In this document: positions 36,742-51,790 of the stretch, piece after piece
How positions within the stretch are numbered: the stretch's first letter is position 1
Layout: every line of letters starts with the position of its first letter
Assembly: GCA_951406725.2 (NCBI GenBank)
Contig: OX597816.1
Span: forward strand, 94,612,001-94,676,000
DNA length: 64,000 nt
Source: Octopus vulgaris
Lineage: Eukaryota
Direction of reading: 5' to 3'
Translations under genes and position numbers: made by a program
The notes under the pieces: model-generated
What the model saw: the letters and a program-made list of their open reading frames with translations, nothing else
Database searches by the model: none
What the model was told of the DNA's origin: nothing

Positions 36742-37856
36742 CTTAGAGATATTGCACAGATTTATATGTCTGGGTTGTTGCAGTTAGTTGTAGAATATTG
36801 ACCGTGTTCGTGTGGAGTATTGCCCTCAGTTATGTAGTTCTACTTAACTTTATGAGTAGTTGTTCTAAAACAAAGAAATTGTAATCAAAAGACACAGGTA
36901 ATTCTTTTATATCTATTTATCAATATTGTGAAAACATCAAAGGAAAATTATGTAACTATATTATCTTAGAATTTATACTTGAACCAGACGAATCTTGGTT
37001 AAAATAAGTCTCCCCTGACCATTGTAGCTTGGAAAGCTTTGAGGTGCTCTTTGTATTTTGTGAACAGGATTTCTACTAATTAGTAGTTCCTATTGATTTA
37101 ATATCATTCCTTTGCCAACTGTATGTACCTCACCTATTATACTATATTATTTTCTATCTTAATGATTAACAATTTAACATAACTGTCTTATTTAATTGCT
37201 ATGGACAAGTTATTAAAGACTGATAATGTACCTTTCTATTGTCACAGAATATATTAGTAATGTAATTTAACTCTTCTTCAGTTCTCAACTACAGCTTCTA
37301 CAACCAACAAAGGGGATGATACATGGTTACTCAAACCAACCAAGAACCTCTAATTGGTTACCTAACCTGCCAAATCTCCTTTCAAATCACACCTTGTCAG
37401 TTTAAAAATCTATGAGACTCTGGATAATTTACTATGAAAAAAAAGAAAAGTAAAAAACAGGGTGGTCATGGCTGGATTGCTTTTGATGATAAGTCTGTTC
37501 AGAGCAACAATTGCATGATAATTACTGTATTGAATTATTCTAATAGTAAATCCTTTTGTAACTTTATAGTCTGTAACTGCAGGCAAAAATGTATAATAGC
37601 ATTTCTTTACTTTTTTACTCTTATGGAACCCTTGATATTCATACCATGTCTCAGAACCCCTACATAAAAATTATATATCTTTTGAAATCCTTTTCTTTCT
37701 CTTTTATAAAGCTAAATTTCATAAGAGATTAAACAAATCCATCTGTCCTTGAAAGGCTCAGTAATACTAAATCCATCAGATGCCACAAAACGGGTTTAAG
37801 AAAGTTCATTTTAACCAAGACCTTGTTTAGACCTAATTCCTCTTAATTTCTTATTA

Positions 37857-38075
37857 CTCATTGAGCATTTAAACTTGCCATATCCATATCCAGCCCAAAT
37901 ATTCTATCTGTTTTTGTGTTCAAAGTGACTAGAGTTGACCTTTCACGGCTATGCTACAATGTCATTCTAAAAATAAACAATCACATTATTAAAATCTTGA
38001 AACAATGAGATAATGCATAATTAATTTGAAACTATGTAAATAAATAAGCATTAGAGAAATATGAATACTAAGGGG
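37857..38075. mobile_element. piggyBac-type MITE (family of 21791)
   Basis: Internal homology (ATATCCAGCCCAAATATTCT, CTACAATGTCATTCT); ends GGGG-TTAA. Confidence 0.65.
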
Positions 38076-40173
38076 TTAAGAGGTCATTTTCTTCCATAGG
38101 TTTCCTATTTGCAGATGCCACTATTTTGAATATGTTGTGAAAGTATAATAAAATTATGAATATAGGATTAAACACAAAAATGACTCATTGCATTTTGCAT
38201 ATAATTAGCTTAATTATGACTGTTTTTTGTGAAACACCTTCTGGTTCCAGAGAACACTGTTTGGGAAATATAGTTATAAAGTATATACTGCAATTAGCTA
38301 ATGTAAATTCATCATGTAGCAGCAGACCAGCTCCATTTACACACTCATTGATACAAGTAAAGAAACTTCTAGTTTCAAAGTGTCAGTTCTGTCATAGGGT
38401 ACACCAAGTCTGTTTGGACACCAAACTTCTTGTCTACAGAGGATAATAAACAATGATTTCTGCCACTTGGCAGTTTTGTTTTTACACATTACCACCACAC
38501 CAACATTTTGATATAAACTACTTTGCATGTGAGGAGCACAATTAATGACTACAACTTGCTCCAATTTATATAGCACCTGGCATATTTGGTTCCGTAATAA
38601 TATTCAGACACACCAACAACACATGAGCCAATGAGGGAACCTCTAAATAGTTACAAGAGCTGCACGAAATAACACCCAAATCTCACTTCATCTACACATT
38701 ATAATCTTTAAAATAGGTTACATTGGATAATGTATTCTTTAGCGTCATTGACATGAAAAAAAAAAAAAACACACAGTGCACTCTGTAAGGTGGTTAATAT
38801 TAGAAAAGGCATCCAGCCACAGGAACCATATTAAAGCAGACACCAGAGTTTGATGCAGTTCTCTGGCTCATTGGATCCTGTTAAACCATTCAACACATGC
38901 CAGCATAAAAGATAGATGTTAAATGATGATCATGATCACACCTGAAACATTTGATTGTAGGTTTGCTTGATCACACATAACCTGGAGCTAAACAGCAATA
39001 ACACTTTGCAAAATTTATACAATACAGAGCTGTATGAAGCTAGTCACTGTGGCTCAGTTGGAATTGCAGAATTGAGGTAAACAAGATGTAGTTTAGGTGT
39101 ATTGCAAGGCAGGAAATTATAGATGTTATACAGCTGATATGATATCAAAGTTTTTGACCCAGAAAATATGTTTGTTTTTCTTGTTTGTCTTCCGGTCAGT
39201 CTTGGTCAGGCAGACTTATGATGATTTTGGCTCAAAGTTGGCAATTTTTTGAGGAGTGGGTAAGTCAGTTGCATTGACCTGGTGCTTGGGACAGTACTTT
39301 ATCTTATTGATCCCCAAAGGATGAAAGGTAAAGTCATCCTTGGCAGGATTTGAACTCAGAATGTAAACAGCCAGAAAAATTACTGCTAAGCATTATGTCA
39401 GATGCATTAACAATTCTTTTAGCTCACCACATTAAGCAGACTTATGATTAAAGGCAGTCGAGCCACAACTGTCTGATCTTTTCAAACATAATTTATCTCA
39501 GGCAACATTATCCAGTAAGAAGGGTAGAGTGTGATTTGAAGGCTGCCATATCTAGCAAGTTGTACTGTTATGTAACACCTTCCTTCACTAGTGACCATGT
39601 ACAAACTTCTCATTGCCTGCAGTATGATGTTCAAAGACAGGGTTATGTGGTGAATGTTGAGTTATGCATAAAACCGTCTTCTGATAATATTTTCTTTCAG
39701 GTGAAAGTCCAAATCTAGTTACTAAACAATGGTGTTAAAATAAAATGAAAATATTTTATCCTTTTAAATACGGTAACACCTTTACTATAAACTCTAGTAA
39801 CAGCTGGTTGATGTTTTTTTTATATTGTTACAGTAATCTCTGACATAATCTATTCTTTTGTGACAATACTGCTCTTTTTCATTTAAAAAAAAAATATGCG
39901 TTGTTAGTGAAAGGACTTCATGTAAAGATAAATATATTTGGGAACATGAAAGATGTAAAAGAACTGTGGTTGAAAGTGGAAGTTATATAGTTGTGACTGT
40001 AGTTGATGTCTTTTAAGTGAAGTGCAGGTAACTATAACAATTGATTTTACAATTATGGATTTAGTATAAGGTTGATAACCTGACACTCTTAGCTATCCCA
40101 CTCCTATATTTTGATCATGCCCCAGCATGGCCACAGTCTAAATGACTAAAACATGTAAACAGTAAAAGATATA

Positions 40174-41212
40174 CAGGATGCAGTGAATAAATTGTTGTCT
40201 AAATTACGCAAAAATGAAAATAACACTGACATCTCATTTAAACAGATATTTTTACCAAAATGGCATAGAAATATCTTAAAATACTAAAGAGTAAATTTAT
40301 TCAATAAAATCACCATTGGCTTCAACCACTGCCTCCAGATGACTTCAGAATCTCCTGCAACTCTTCTGAATGATCTCCTTAAGTTGGTGAATGCTGCCAT
40401 AATCCTTGCTTTCAGTTCATATTTGGTGTTACATGGAGTTTTGTTGACTTCTTGCTCAACTATGCATAGTAAACAAAAGGGTTGCAGTCTGGCCTGTTAG
40501 GTGGCCAGATGTTAGGGGTGATGTGGTTGCAGAAATTGTTTGACAGCCATGTCTGGGTTCTTCTGCTTGTGTTATATGGTGCAGAGTCCTGTTGCTAGAC
40601 ATAGGGTCTTCCAGCAGCTACCCTTTTGACTCAGGGCAGCACTTCCTCCTCCAGGCACTTGATGTAGGCCTCTGTGTTGAGTCTGAGGCTGTGCGGGAAG
40701 ATGAATGGAGGCATAAAATTGCCATCACTAGCGATCACACCAAACACCATAATGTTGACTGGATGTTTGATTGTTATTACTCTCAGTACATGTTTGGGTA
40801 TACAGCAAGCCAATGCTTGTTTTGTGTGTTCACCATCTGATCCTGACAGAAATTTTTCTCATCTGAGAAAAACCAAAGCATATTCAGTTGGAGGGGATGC
40901 TTGAGTTTGTTAAAAACTTTTGTAACATGAGCTTTCCTCTTCACCATTAGACTCATCCAACTCTTTCCGAATCCTCTGCACTGTCCTCAAATTGACACCC
41001 AAACACTCTGAAATCTTTGTATGGGAGCTTCTGGCATGAATGCCAAGCAGTACAGCATGTCATTTCGAAATTTCTGGCAGAGTGAATTGTGTCATCGTAC
41101 TTTTTTCTCACAGACAGTGCTCAACTAACCCTACTATACTGTGTAGTCAACAAAATCTAAAACAAACAATGCACGCACGAAATTGAAAATATAAAATAGC
41201 AACAATTTACCC
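40174..41212 (-). mobile_element. maT/DD37D transposon, internally deleted copy
   Basis: KHPVNIMVFGVIASDGNFMPPFIFPHSLRLNTEAYIKCLEEEVLP and QQDSAP. Homologous along its length to 15055-15880. TA-CAGG start. Confidence 0.85.
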
Positions 41213-41324
41213 ATTTTATTGTTTACAAATTTTATAGATCTGTTTCTTGCATTTCAAGATTTTGTGGATATAATACATGCATTAAAATTATTGGATATCA
41301 GATAAATAGATGGAGTCAATAAGC

Positions 41325-44100
41325 CAGAGGGCTGCATTGAAGTTCAACGTTTGCTTTGGCATGATTTTTATGTCTGGATGACCTTTTTAATGCTAACCAC
41401 TTTAGAGAGTGTTTTTTCATGGCACCAGCACTTGTGAAGTCATCATTTAACTCACAAGACAAGTCACCTTGATTGAGTGGGATGTGGTATTGAGGGAGAT
41501 GGCTTTATGCTAGGTATTGATAAGCTAAAGTATGATAGATGGTAAGGAGAGTAGGAACATGTGTCTTGCTGCAAAAGAGATGTCTGGCTATTCCAGCTAG
41601 AAAGTGAGAAAAGATGGTGGTGATAAGGTGTTAAGGCATACCCTCAAAATGCAAGAAGAAGAATATAAGAGAGAGAAAATGGAACAAAGGATTAGGAAGC
41701 ATGTGAAAGGGGAGTGGCAAATGGTTAGAGATGGAGAAGAGGTGAATTCAGTGAGCAGTGGGCACAGGTGAGAGCATGGTCATTGGTGAATACCATTTGT
41801 GAGGTGGAAAGATGAGAGAAATAGGAGTGGGTCAGAGTGGAGAAGGTGATATGTAGTAGTAAGAAAAAAGGTTGGAGAGCAGCAGTATAATAAAACCATT
41901 TGTAGATGAGAAATAGGGAGATGATATGAAGTGTGAGGGGTTGGGATGAAAGAAGGATGTAGAATGATAGAGGCAGAGGTCAGTGGCACATAGGGGTGTA
42001 TACAGTGAGCAACAAATAAAAGTGGAGTGAAATATGTTAGAACCAGATATGGGAGGATGTTCAGGGGAAAGGGACAGTGAGTGGAAAATAAATGGGTAAG
42101 AAATGATATTGAGACTGCAGGATGAGTGACAAAAGAAAGTAGTTCCAAGGAGAGGAATAAATGGTAGCACAAAAGTGGGATGAGATATGTGCAGTTCTGC
42201 TCTCATATTATTACAGTTGCTGGGTGCTGTAGTAAGAAGAGCGATAGAGGATTGAGTGTTAGTATGATGAGTTGTAGTGAAAAGTTGGCAGGGACAGATT
42301 GGGTGCAGAAATGGATGGATCTTCTCAACCATAGTAAATCATCATTCATCTTGATCATTTGTTATCTCCTCAATGAAGTTCAGAATCCTGAGGTTGGTCT
42401 TCGCTGTTTGTCTTCTTGGGTCTCCCTCTTCACAGGGTCCATCCATATTTAGCTATTGGCACTTCTTTATGTAGTGGTTCTCATCCATATGCATCACATG
42501 GTCATACCAGTACTGATTTCTCTCTTGCACATTATATCTTGTTCCTTTTACACATAATTTTTTCTCTTGATACATTTTTACTTTGTTGTACATGCACACT
42601 GATCTTACACATCCAGCAGAACATGCTAGCTTTATTTCTTACTTTAGTCTTTGAAAGTCTTCTATATCATATCCATGGCCTGTGTTTCACCACCATGTAA
42701 CATTACTTAGTACACAGACATCATACAATCAGCCTTTCTGTCTATTTGTTACAAACAGAGAAAACAGCTCTCTGAACTTTCCCCAGCTGGTTTTATTCTA
42801 GCAAATACACTTGTAGAACATCGTCCACCTTAGCTAATTAGGCCATCTCCACTAGCAGAAACTATTTAGTGTCTCTAAGGATCCTCCTGGGCATTCCAGA
42901 AAATTCCATGCATTCTTATTGTTTATTGCTCCTGTGCATTTGCCACAAACAAAGTTTACTTTCTCTATCAACCTTCCTGCAATTCCACTGCACTTTTTAC
43001 ATGTCCATAGTTTGCACTGGGTACACCATATGGGATTTCTACCTACATATTTTCTACATAAAAAATAGATATGTCTTTTTTCCTGCTTACTAGAATTTTG
43101 GTCTTTGCTAAGTTAACTTGTTGGTGTTGCTTCTACATCTGGAATTTCTTTTCTAATGTTACTACAGATTCTACAGATTAAGCAATGAGAACAAAGACAT
43201 CAGCATAGAGGTGTCCCCACAACAACTGGTCTTAAACTACTTTGTTATGGCTGGGACGACTATGATAAATAAGAAGAATATGAAGGGGCTGAGAACTGAA
43301 CCTTGTGAACCTCTACCTGTACACTAATTTGTTGCTGCATTCATTGCTAATTCTCACCTTACTGATAGTACCCTTGTACATCACTTGAATGGCTTTCACC
43401 TGCTATTCAAATGTAGCTTCTGCAAGGACCACCTGATCAGGAAGCAAGGGACTCTGACTAAAGCTTCCTCAAGGTTGACAAATGCCATAAATACTTTTGA
43501 AGTTGTTTTACTAGAAAGGGAGCATCAGTAGTGCTTCACCATGGAGCTAAACCAGACTGTATCTCATCTAGGACAACTCATTTTCTAATTAGTTGAGCTA
43601 TTACTCTTTCTGTAATGTTCATGACTTGGTCCAGCAATTTGATACTTCTGTAATTACTTCTATATAAGGAATCTCCTTTACTCTTGAAATAATGGCCTAT
43701 AATGCTCCTTCACCAGTATTTCACTCCGACGGATATTTTAAGCATTTCACTGGTAATTTCTAATGGACATGGGGATTTCTCTGTCTTCATATCCTTAACT
43801 ATTTTAACATGCTGCTGTCAGTTAGAACGGTTGGTCCCTTTGTTGAGTTCACATTTGGAAGATACTTTCTATCAGACATTCTTCACATTTACTAACCTTT
43901 TGTAGTAGCACTTCCATGCCTCTTTTTTTTTCGGAATAAACTAAGTGCAAGTGTACCATTATTCACACATACACTGTTGTTACCCACAACATCTTGATTC
44001 TCTTTGATACATTGTCTTGCTAAGTGGAAAACCTCATGCCTTTCATGCTCATGCTGCAGAACATTGGCAAAGCTCTTTCTCCAGATTGATAGGTGATCAA
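41325..44100 (-). mobile_element. Long decayed RTE LINE (pre-RT linker, RT, purine-on-plus 3' UTR tract, GGCATCC tail)
   Basis: - strand remnants of NYRSIKLLDQVM, FVNLEEA, QGSVLSP and LYADV. GA-rich tract at 41650-42300. The block at 41330-41650 is homologous to 3850-4150. Confidence 0.75.
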
Positions 44101-45150
44101 GTGACTGACTGACTCACTTGCATCAGAGAACTCTAGCATCTTTGTTCCCACCTCATTTCTAGAGCAAAAACGAATGAATCAAATGTGGTGCGATGTTGTT
44201 GCTTAGCTCAACGTCAGCACTGATTGAGCTAACCTAGGATAAAACATTCCAGCTGTGACCATGTGTTTTACTTTTAAAGTATCAAAAGATTCTACATAGT
44301 GTCACCTACTTTTACCTACATCTGCATTCATTTGTCTTTTCTTTCTTTCACTACAAAGCTTAGCTACTTTTTCTGAATATTTTCCTTGTCAGATCAATAT
44401 TTTGATATTTTCATTATTATCTCTAATGTTTTGTTTGGCAATCTCACAGGATTATGACTCAATAGGCTAGTGAACTATCACCATATTGTGATGTTTCAAT
44501 ATCAATACCTAAGTAGTTATAAACAGGTCCACAACTGTAATTGCTCATTGCAAAGTGCCAGTAATTTTAAATTATTGACTGTTCCAGTAGTTTCTAGAGT
44601 TAAATTCAACTTCTTGGTTTTATCTTTATCGTAAGTTCACTACAATACCCGGTGGCTTATAGGGATCTCTGAAATACCTGGTGGCTTATAGGGTTCAATG
44701 TCACAATGTTCAACATTAAACGAGCCAGTGATGGAGTTTCTACATGACCTCTTAACTTACTAAATCTTTCTCAAGTCATATCCCACCACCTAAGGTAATC
44801 TGAAGTACATTTTCTGAAAAAAGAAAAACATATAAATCTGCTGGATTAGGGCTGACTTTGGGCTAAACACCAGAAAAAACAAACCAAGGAGCCTCTGTGC
44901 AGTGGTGCAACTTCCTAGAAATGTAGAAATGGCAGCAAAATCTACCTCAAATCACAGTCTACAATTTTCAAAAGGAAAACACTAAAGGAAAACATTGTAA
45001 TTGAAAAAAAAAATGAATGGTCTTGGTTTGAATGACTTTATTCATAGTTTGCTGAGAACAGAACTGGGGCTAAATTATATATATTAAAAGGTTAAATCCT
45101 AAAATAGTTTTTTAAAAATTATTTCATGTCTACTTTATAAATAGGGTTGA

Positions 45151-46140
45151 GATCATCATCATCATCATCATCATCGTTGTTTAATGTCCGCTTTCCATGC
45201 TGGCATGGGTTGAACGGTTTGACTGAGGACTGGTGAACCAGAAGGCTGCACCAGACTCCAATCTGATCTGGCAAGGTTTCTACAACTGGATGCCTTTCCT
45301 AACGCCAACCACTCCGAGAGTGTAGTAGGTGCTTTTACGTGCTACCATCATGAGGGCCAGTCAGGTGGTTTTGGCAACAACCATGCTCAAAAGATTCTTA
45401 TTCTAGCAGCTACTCTTTCAGAGCATCCACCCCTGCTACTGACTTGGTCCCGTAGGTAACGTAAGCTATCAACTACTTATAGTTTTTCTCCCTGGAATAT
45501 GGTAGAAGTTGTTCTCTGCACACTTTCAGTATGTATAGCACCTGAGCATTTGCCACATACAAAAACTATCTTCCCAGGTAGCCTTCCTTTGATATTGCTG
45601 CACCTCTTATGTGTCCATAGCTTACACTGGCTACATCTTCTGGAGTTTCTACCCACACCTTTTCTACAGATTGAGCAGGACCATCTACCTGAAGGGATTT
45701 GTGGTTTGTCTGCCTTCCTACTTATTAAGACTTTGGTTTTAGCTAGGTTGACTCTAAGGCTATTTGATTCTAATCCTTGCTTCCGCACCTGAAACTTTTC
45801 CTCTAGTTCTGATAGTGACTCAGCAATTAGAGCAAGGTCATCAGTATAGAGGAGCTCCCAGAGGCATCCTGTCTTGAATTCCTCTGGAAAACTATGATGA
45901 ATAAGAGGGGCTTGAGGACTGATCCTTGGTGGACTCCTACCCCTACCCGGAATTCTTCGCTGTACTCAGTGCCAACCCTCAATTTACAGACAGCATCCCT
46001 ATACATGGCTTGCACAGCTCTCACTAACCATTCATCTATCCCTAGTTTCCTCATTGACCACCAGATAAGGGATCGGGGGACCCTGTCAAAGGCTTTCTCT
46101 ATGTCAACGAAAGCCAGGTGCAGAGGTTTATCATTGGCTG
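45151..46140 (-). mobile_element. Well-preserved RTE LINE RT fragment with PHD-like insert, joined directly to a (GAT)n-tailed repeat (45151-45390)
   Basis: FVDIEKAFDRVPR, MRKLGIDEWLVRAVQAMY, GVHQGSVL, LLYTDDLAL, WSCSICRKGVGRNSRRCSQCKLWTHKRCSNIKGRLPGKIVFVCGKC. Confidence 0.92.
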
Positions 46141-48311
46141 TTATTTATAAATTTGGATGTTTTGGGAGAAAGTATTTTTGCAGCTGAATGTGTTCTGCTG
46201 CAAAAATCTTAACCATTAACTCGATAACCTTGCCATATCCAATGGGAAAGTTAAAAACATTTGTTTGAATAATATGCAAATTAACAACATTGTATAAAAG
46301 CCTTTGTTAGAATCAGGAGATGAATTTTGTTAAAAAAATATGAAGAGAAAATATATGATAGTAAAAAAGAAAGAAAGGTGGAAAGGGAAAGCAAATATGC
46401 TAATTAGAATTTTGTTGTGCAAATATTTGGTAATTTTCATAAATTGTTATTATTGAATAATATATTGACTATTGGCTAAAAATTTGCAAAAGTGGTGATG
46501 GTAGCCAAAAATATAAGTAAATTATATGAACAAAATTATAACTGAATAATATAAATTTTTGTGATAAAAAGGGAAATTTATCAAATTAAGTATAACAATA
46601 ATAGTTTCCAATACATATGGTGAAAAGGTTTCTTGATTATTTGTTAAATATAAATCAGAAAGCCTTCAATAAATTTATAAATTCTGCTGATCCAAAACAC
46701 ATTCTATTATTGCAAACAATATGTCAATAAAAGTCATTGTTAAAATATAATTGTTTAAGAATGAGACTTCATAATGGGTTATTTGTATTTTATTATGAAT
46801 GAATGTTGTTAATAAGGTGTTTTTTTTGTGTTGATCAACTCAAATTTCTGTGACAAGAACAGAAATTGTTCTGATGGTCTAGATCTGTAGTGAAGATTGT
46901 TGACAGGTGTTGGGTAAAAATCTCTTGTGGTGGTTGTTAGTAAGTTATGCTGAAGTAGCTGACTTAATGTTAAGTAGTTGGACTAAGTCTGTGACAGGAT
47001 TGAAATTGACAGCTGTTATATAAGTGTTCACTATACTCAATAATACCTCAATGTGCTCTAATGGTGACACACATGTTTATAACTGAAAATTTTAAAACTA
47101 CAATTAAGGAAGTACATTATGCTTTTAAGTTATGTTTTGGGCCATCAATGCTGTGAAGTTAGGTTTTGTAAGTCAACTAGATCTGCTTGTTCCAGTTTGC
47201 TTGACTCAACAAAGGACAACTTTCACATTAGAGTTGAGAAATTAGCAATAAATTCAGCTGTTTTTGTGTTTCTTGTAGATAATGTTTTATTTGTTACTGT
47301 TTAGCCCAGCCACCCATCATCTCTGATTGAGCAGATCTATGATCAAAGGCATTCCAACTGTGACTATCCTACCTTGATTTAGATACAGTCTGAGATCACA
47401 TTGTCTAGTCTGTTCTCTTTTTCTATATAGAAGGGTTGTAAGTTAGGGTGAAGTTCACTGTTTCTGGCAGGCCAAATGGCTACATAAGGACTCTTTTGTC
47501 GATTAAGGGTGTTGTAGATGTGTCTGTTTGTTTTGGGGGTAGAGATTAGGAAGTTTAGACAGTGTTCCTTATAATTTTGCTGTGTTATGCAGGTTGTTTG
47601 CAGATGTGTTCTGTGTGTAACCTGTGATGATGCAAACTGCATTGGTTTGTGTACTTTGTAGTTTAATGTGGAGAGATTGGTTGCCCAAGTAAGACTGGCA
47701 TAATCATTGATGCATTGAATGTGTTGTTAGCTTGCTACTGTTCTGATTTCTTTATGTTAGCCACAAAGTGTCTTTGTGCAATTTCCATATTATATGTACT
47801 ATGTGTACAATGACGTATGGCATGCAATGCAAAGTATTTTCATCTTTTTTATGTATATATTGATGCCAGTGAGATTGATGTTTGGATTGTATTTGATGTT
47901 TTTTAGTTTTTCTTATGAGAGGAGAGATTTGGTAAGCGCTTTGGATCTAAGTTTCTAGGTGATTGATGTATGGTTTATGTTCTATGATGTGACTAGTGTA
48001 AGAATATGACTGGTATCATTTGGGTATGATTTGTAGGTGTGCAAGCAAGTCATTTACATAGAAGTTAAAAAGTAGATGAGAAGACAGATCCTGGTAGTTG
48101 TTAATGTATATCTTTATATCACCTCTATGCTACTGTATATCTACTCTACACCTACTGTGTATGTAGTGTACATCTACTATCTATCTGCTGTAAACATGTA
48201 CATCTACTGTATACCTACTTTATGACTGCTGTGTATATAGTGTTCATCTATATATATCTATCTTACATTTGCTATATATCTACTGCACATCTTTTGTTTA
48301 CCAAGTGTACA

Positions 48312-48329
48312 TCTATTATATAAAATCCG

Positions 48330-48378
<49 letters not shown>

Positions 48379-48923
48379 TTCTAGGATCTTGGGCATCCTC
48401 CATCTGATTGCGCTCAAATTTGATATGTAGATACTGATGGTATCAGGGCGTGTATAAGTCATGAAAAAATTACAAAAATCAATTCCAGGTGAGAATGCGA
48501 TCGATAAAGCCGTTTTTGTCCTGCTTTTCTTCCGTCAACTTGTACATAACTGCACCTTCCGTTTTTTGTTGTTTTTGTACTGCTTAAAGGCACATTTCTT
48601 TCCTTCCAAGCTTACATTTTAGACCATGTTTGTGTTCTCCCAGTCAACAGTACTTTAAACTCTTTGGTTGCATATTTGTGTGAATAAAATTGTTTTTCTT
48701 TAGAATAGAAAAAAGTCTATCTTTATTTCTTCTTTTGTTGGTGTCTCAAATTTAGGTTAAATCAGTGTTTCTCAAAGGGGAGGCCAAAAGGACAGTCGAA
48801 CAAGTTGTTTTGAGAAAATTTGGTTTAAATGTTTGACACATGGGGTGGGGGGTGCGTTTTGCTCATACTGTATATTTCGAGTATATTTACTTTATGTCTA
48901 ACACACACATACACTTACACAGA

Positions 48924-48967
<44 letters not shown>

Positions 48968-49406
48968 ATATCTACTTAGTCTTCTGTTTTATATAAAAAC
49001 TATGTCTATTTGCAAATTCTTTGCAACTATTCTGTTTTATTGTAATAAGGATTTGTGACACACTTATATATTTATGTATTTAAGATAACAAACATAAATT
49101 TAACTACGTTTGTTATAAACTATGTCACTGATCTGTTCATAGTCATTCTACTTCACTTATGTTACCTATATTTCAGATAAAGGTTTGCAGACATTACTTT
49201 GTCTTATTTTTACTTTTTGAAAAAGGCATGAATATCACATCTTCTCATTTCTCTTTCTCTGAAATGTAGTCGACATATTTTATGCCTCTATCAAAGATAT
49301 ATATTGCTGCTTTTAATTTTGATACTGCTACTGCTGCTGCTTTATAATAATGATTCATAGTTCAGTTTTATTATAGAGAGGACAGGATTGCTTGAAAAGT
49401 CCCTAG
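48312..49406 (+). mobile_element. Probable non-autonomous Helitron (~1.1 kb)
   Basis: A|TCTATTATATAAAA start, internal (TG)n and CTGATTGCGCTCAAATTTG. Ends with a short hairpin GGAC...GTCC then CTAG|T. No TSD. Confidence 0.5.
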
Positions 49407-49419
49407 TATATTGCAGGTA

Positions 49420-50762
49420 CAAATTTTATTGAGCAAGTTCAGATGAAAGCATATGAGTGAAATACTGACTTGTACATGGTCTTTATCGACTTGACCAGAG
49501 CCTTTCATACAGTAAATCATGAGGTGCTTTGGAAAATTTTGTCAAAATTTGGTCTTCCTGATAAAATGATAAGTAAGGGTAACAGTATCTCTGCACAAAG
49601 AAATGAAGGCAACAGGGTGAAATGACAGTCAATGTTCAGAGGCATTTTCTGTTGCCACTGGAACCAAACAAGGTTGTGCTTTAACTCCTGTACTTTTGAC
49701 CATATTCTTTCTGATAGTATTCCATCATGCTTTTAGGGATTACTGTGAAGGTGTAAAATTTCAATTTCGCACAGAAGGAGGTCTACTAAATCTAAATGGA
49801 CAAAGCTTCAGATCAAAGAAAATGACCAAGGAAGAGATTCTATGTGATTTTCTGTTTGCTGATGTTTGTGCTTTGATTTCTCATACATTTGAGGGAACTC
49901 AGTGGCTTGTACATTTGGGCAGACTAGCAGCATTAAGAAGACTGAAGTTTTATTTCAGCTGAAGCCTGGGGCAAAACATACTCAAAATTCAAATGTAATG
50001 ATTGATGACAAGCCACTGAAATGGATCAGGTCATTTAAATATCTTGAAAATACAGTACTCTTGATGACGAAATCAATGTTAGAATATCTAAGGCTACAAA
50101 TGCTGTTGGAAAACATTCCCATCGTCTGTGGGATGAACACAGTGTCAGTCTGAAAACTAAAATAAGTGTATACAAATCTTGTGTTTTGAGCACACTTTTG
50201 TATGGGATAGAAGCATGGACTCCCTATTACAGACATGTAAAGAAACTTGAAACCTTTCACATGTGCTGTCTGCACAATATCTGCAACATAAAATGGCAGG
50301 ATAAGATATCAAATGTCAAAATCTTAGGAAAATGGGATATCTCCAATATCTAAAACATGCTGCTGAGAATTCAGTGCAAATGGGTAGGACATGTTTGAAT
50401 GAAAGATGACTGCATTCCAAAAATTCTTTTGTATGACCAACAAGTAGAGGGATAACATGGTAAAGGAAGACCAGTCCTTAGACTTTAGGATAAGTTGAAG
50501 CAAACACTAAAGTTTCTACATCTTAACTTGACATCTTGGGAAAGACATTGCCTAGATTGATCTGCGTGGCATAAAATGTGTTGTGAGGCATCAAAACAAT
50601 TTGAATTGAAGAAACAGAACAATAACAGAAATATATACTGCAATCAACAGACACATTAGTCCAATTCCAGGCAAAATCAAAATCATCAGTGTCCCCATTG
50701 TGACTTTATAGCAAAATCCAATCCTGGACTCAAATTACATTCATGCATCCATCACAAATAGA
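49420..50762 (+). mobile_element. RTE/BovB-like LINE remnant (second RTE family) with C-terminal C2H2 finger
   Basis: DLYMVFIDLTRAFHTVNHEVLWKILSKFGLPDK, GTKQGCALTP, DFLFADVCAL, LLYGIEAWT, HQCPHCDFIAKSNPGLKLHSCIH. Confidence 0.88.
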
Positions 50763-51081
50763 TGCAACTTCTTTTGTTCTTTTATCTTTAAAAGTAGTTT
50801 TCTCTTTTACTTACTTTTTTTTCTTTAAATCTTCTCCTTGAAATACTCATATGTCGAAATCAATGGGAGTAACCATCACCATCATTATACCATTTTCATT
50901 GTATCATTTGTTATTCCATGCTGATCTGTGTCTTGGTCCTTATTACTGCATCCTTCTATTATTTTCCCACTCATTTGTTCTCTTCAACCAGTAATTTGCA
51001 ACTGTTGAATCAGTCAAAATTAATCATGCTCTCAGACTATCTAAAAGATATCTTCATATGCTATTATCTAATGGTATTTAA

Positions 51082-51292
51082 TCCTTTATCAATTCAACTG
51101 GCCATATCCAGCCCAAATATTCTGTTTTAACTTCAAACTGACCAGATCTGGCTTCTCACCTATCCTACAATGTCATTCTGAAAATCAAAAAGTATAGCAT
51201 CAAAATCTTGAAGCTATGAGATAATGCATGATTAATTCAAAACTATGTGAATAAATAAACCTCAGATTTAACAGTAATCTGAAAGTTAAAGG
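51082..51292. mobile_element. piggyBac-type MITE (family of 21791)
   Basis: TTAA left flank and internal homology. Confidence 0.65.
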
Positions 51293-51790
51293 CTAATGCT
51301 AGTTTGGGGTGTTAACTGAGCTAATGAAATACTTCTGTGATCATTTAGTGTCCTTCTTGTAAGCTTGCATGATAGCAATCAAAAAAGTGTTGTCCATTTT
51401 TTAACTGAATTATATTTTCTACTGATATCTCAGAAATATATCAGGGAAAGAATGTTGGCAAATGGACAAAATGATATCCTGTCTAGGACAATTAGTTTGG
51501 ATACAAAGCTGAAACAGTAGACATTTGATATTGGCATAGTTATTTTGTTACATGATATATCGGTTGAATATATTACATGCCTATATATATATATATATAT
51601 ATATTTATTTATTTATAAATTAAAAGTGTAGCTTATTAGCACAGTTAGAACCTACCCTTTGTCAGTCATTAAGTATAGTGCTTTAGTGGCTTTGAAGTTA
51701 ATTTAACTCTTATTTTAGCATAAGCAGTGCTACTCAGCAACCTCCATCACTTTTGTGACCTCAACACACACACACACACATATATATATT

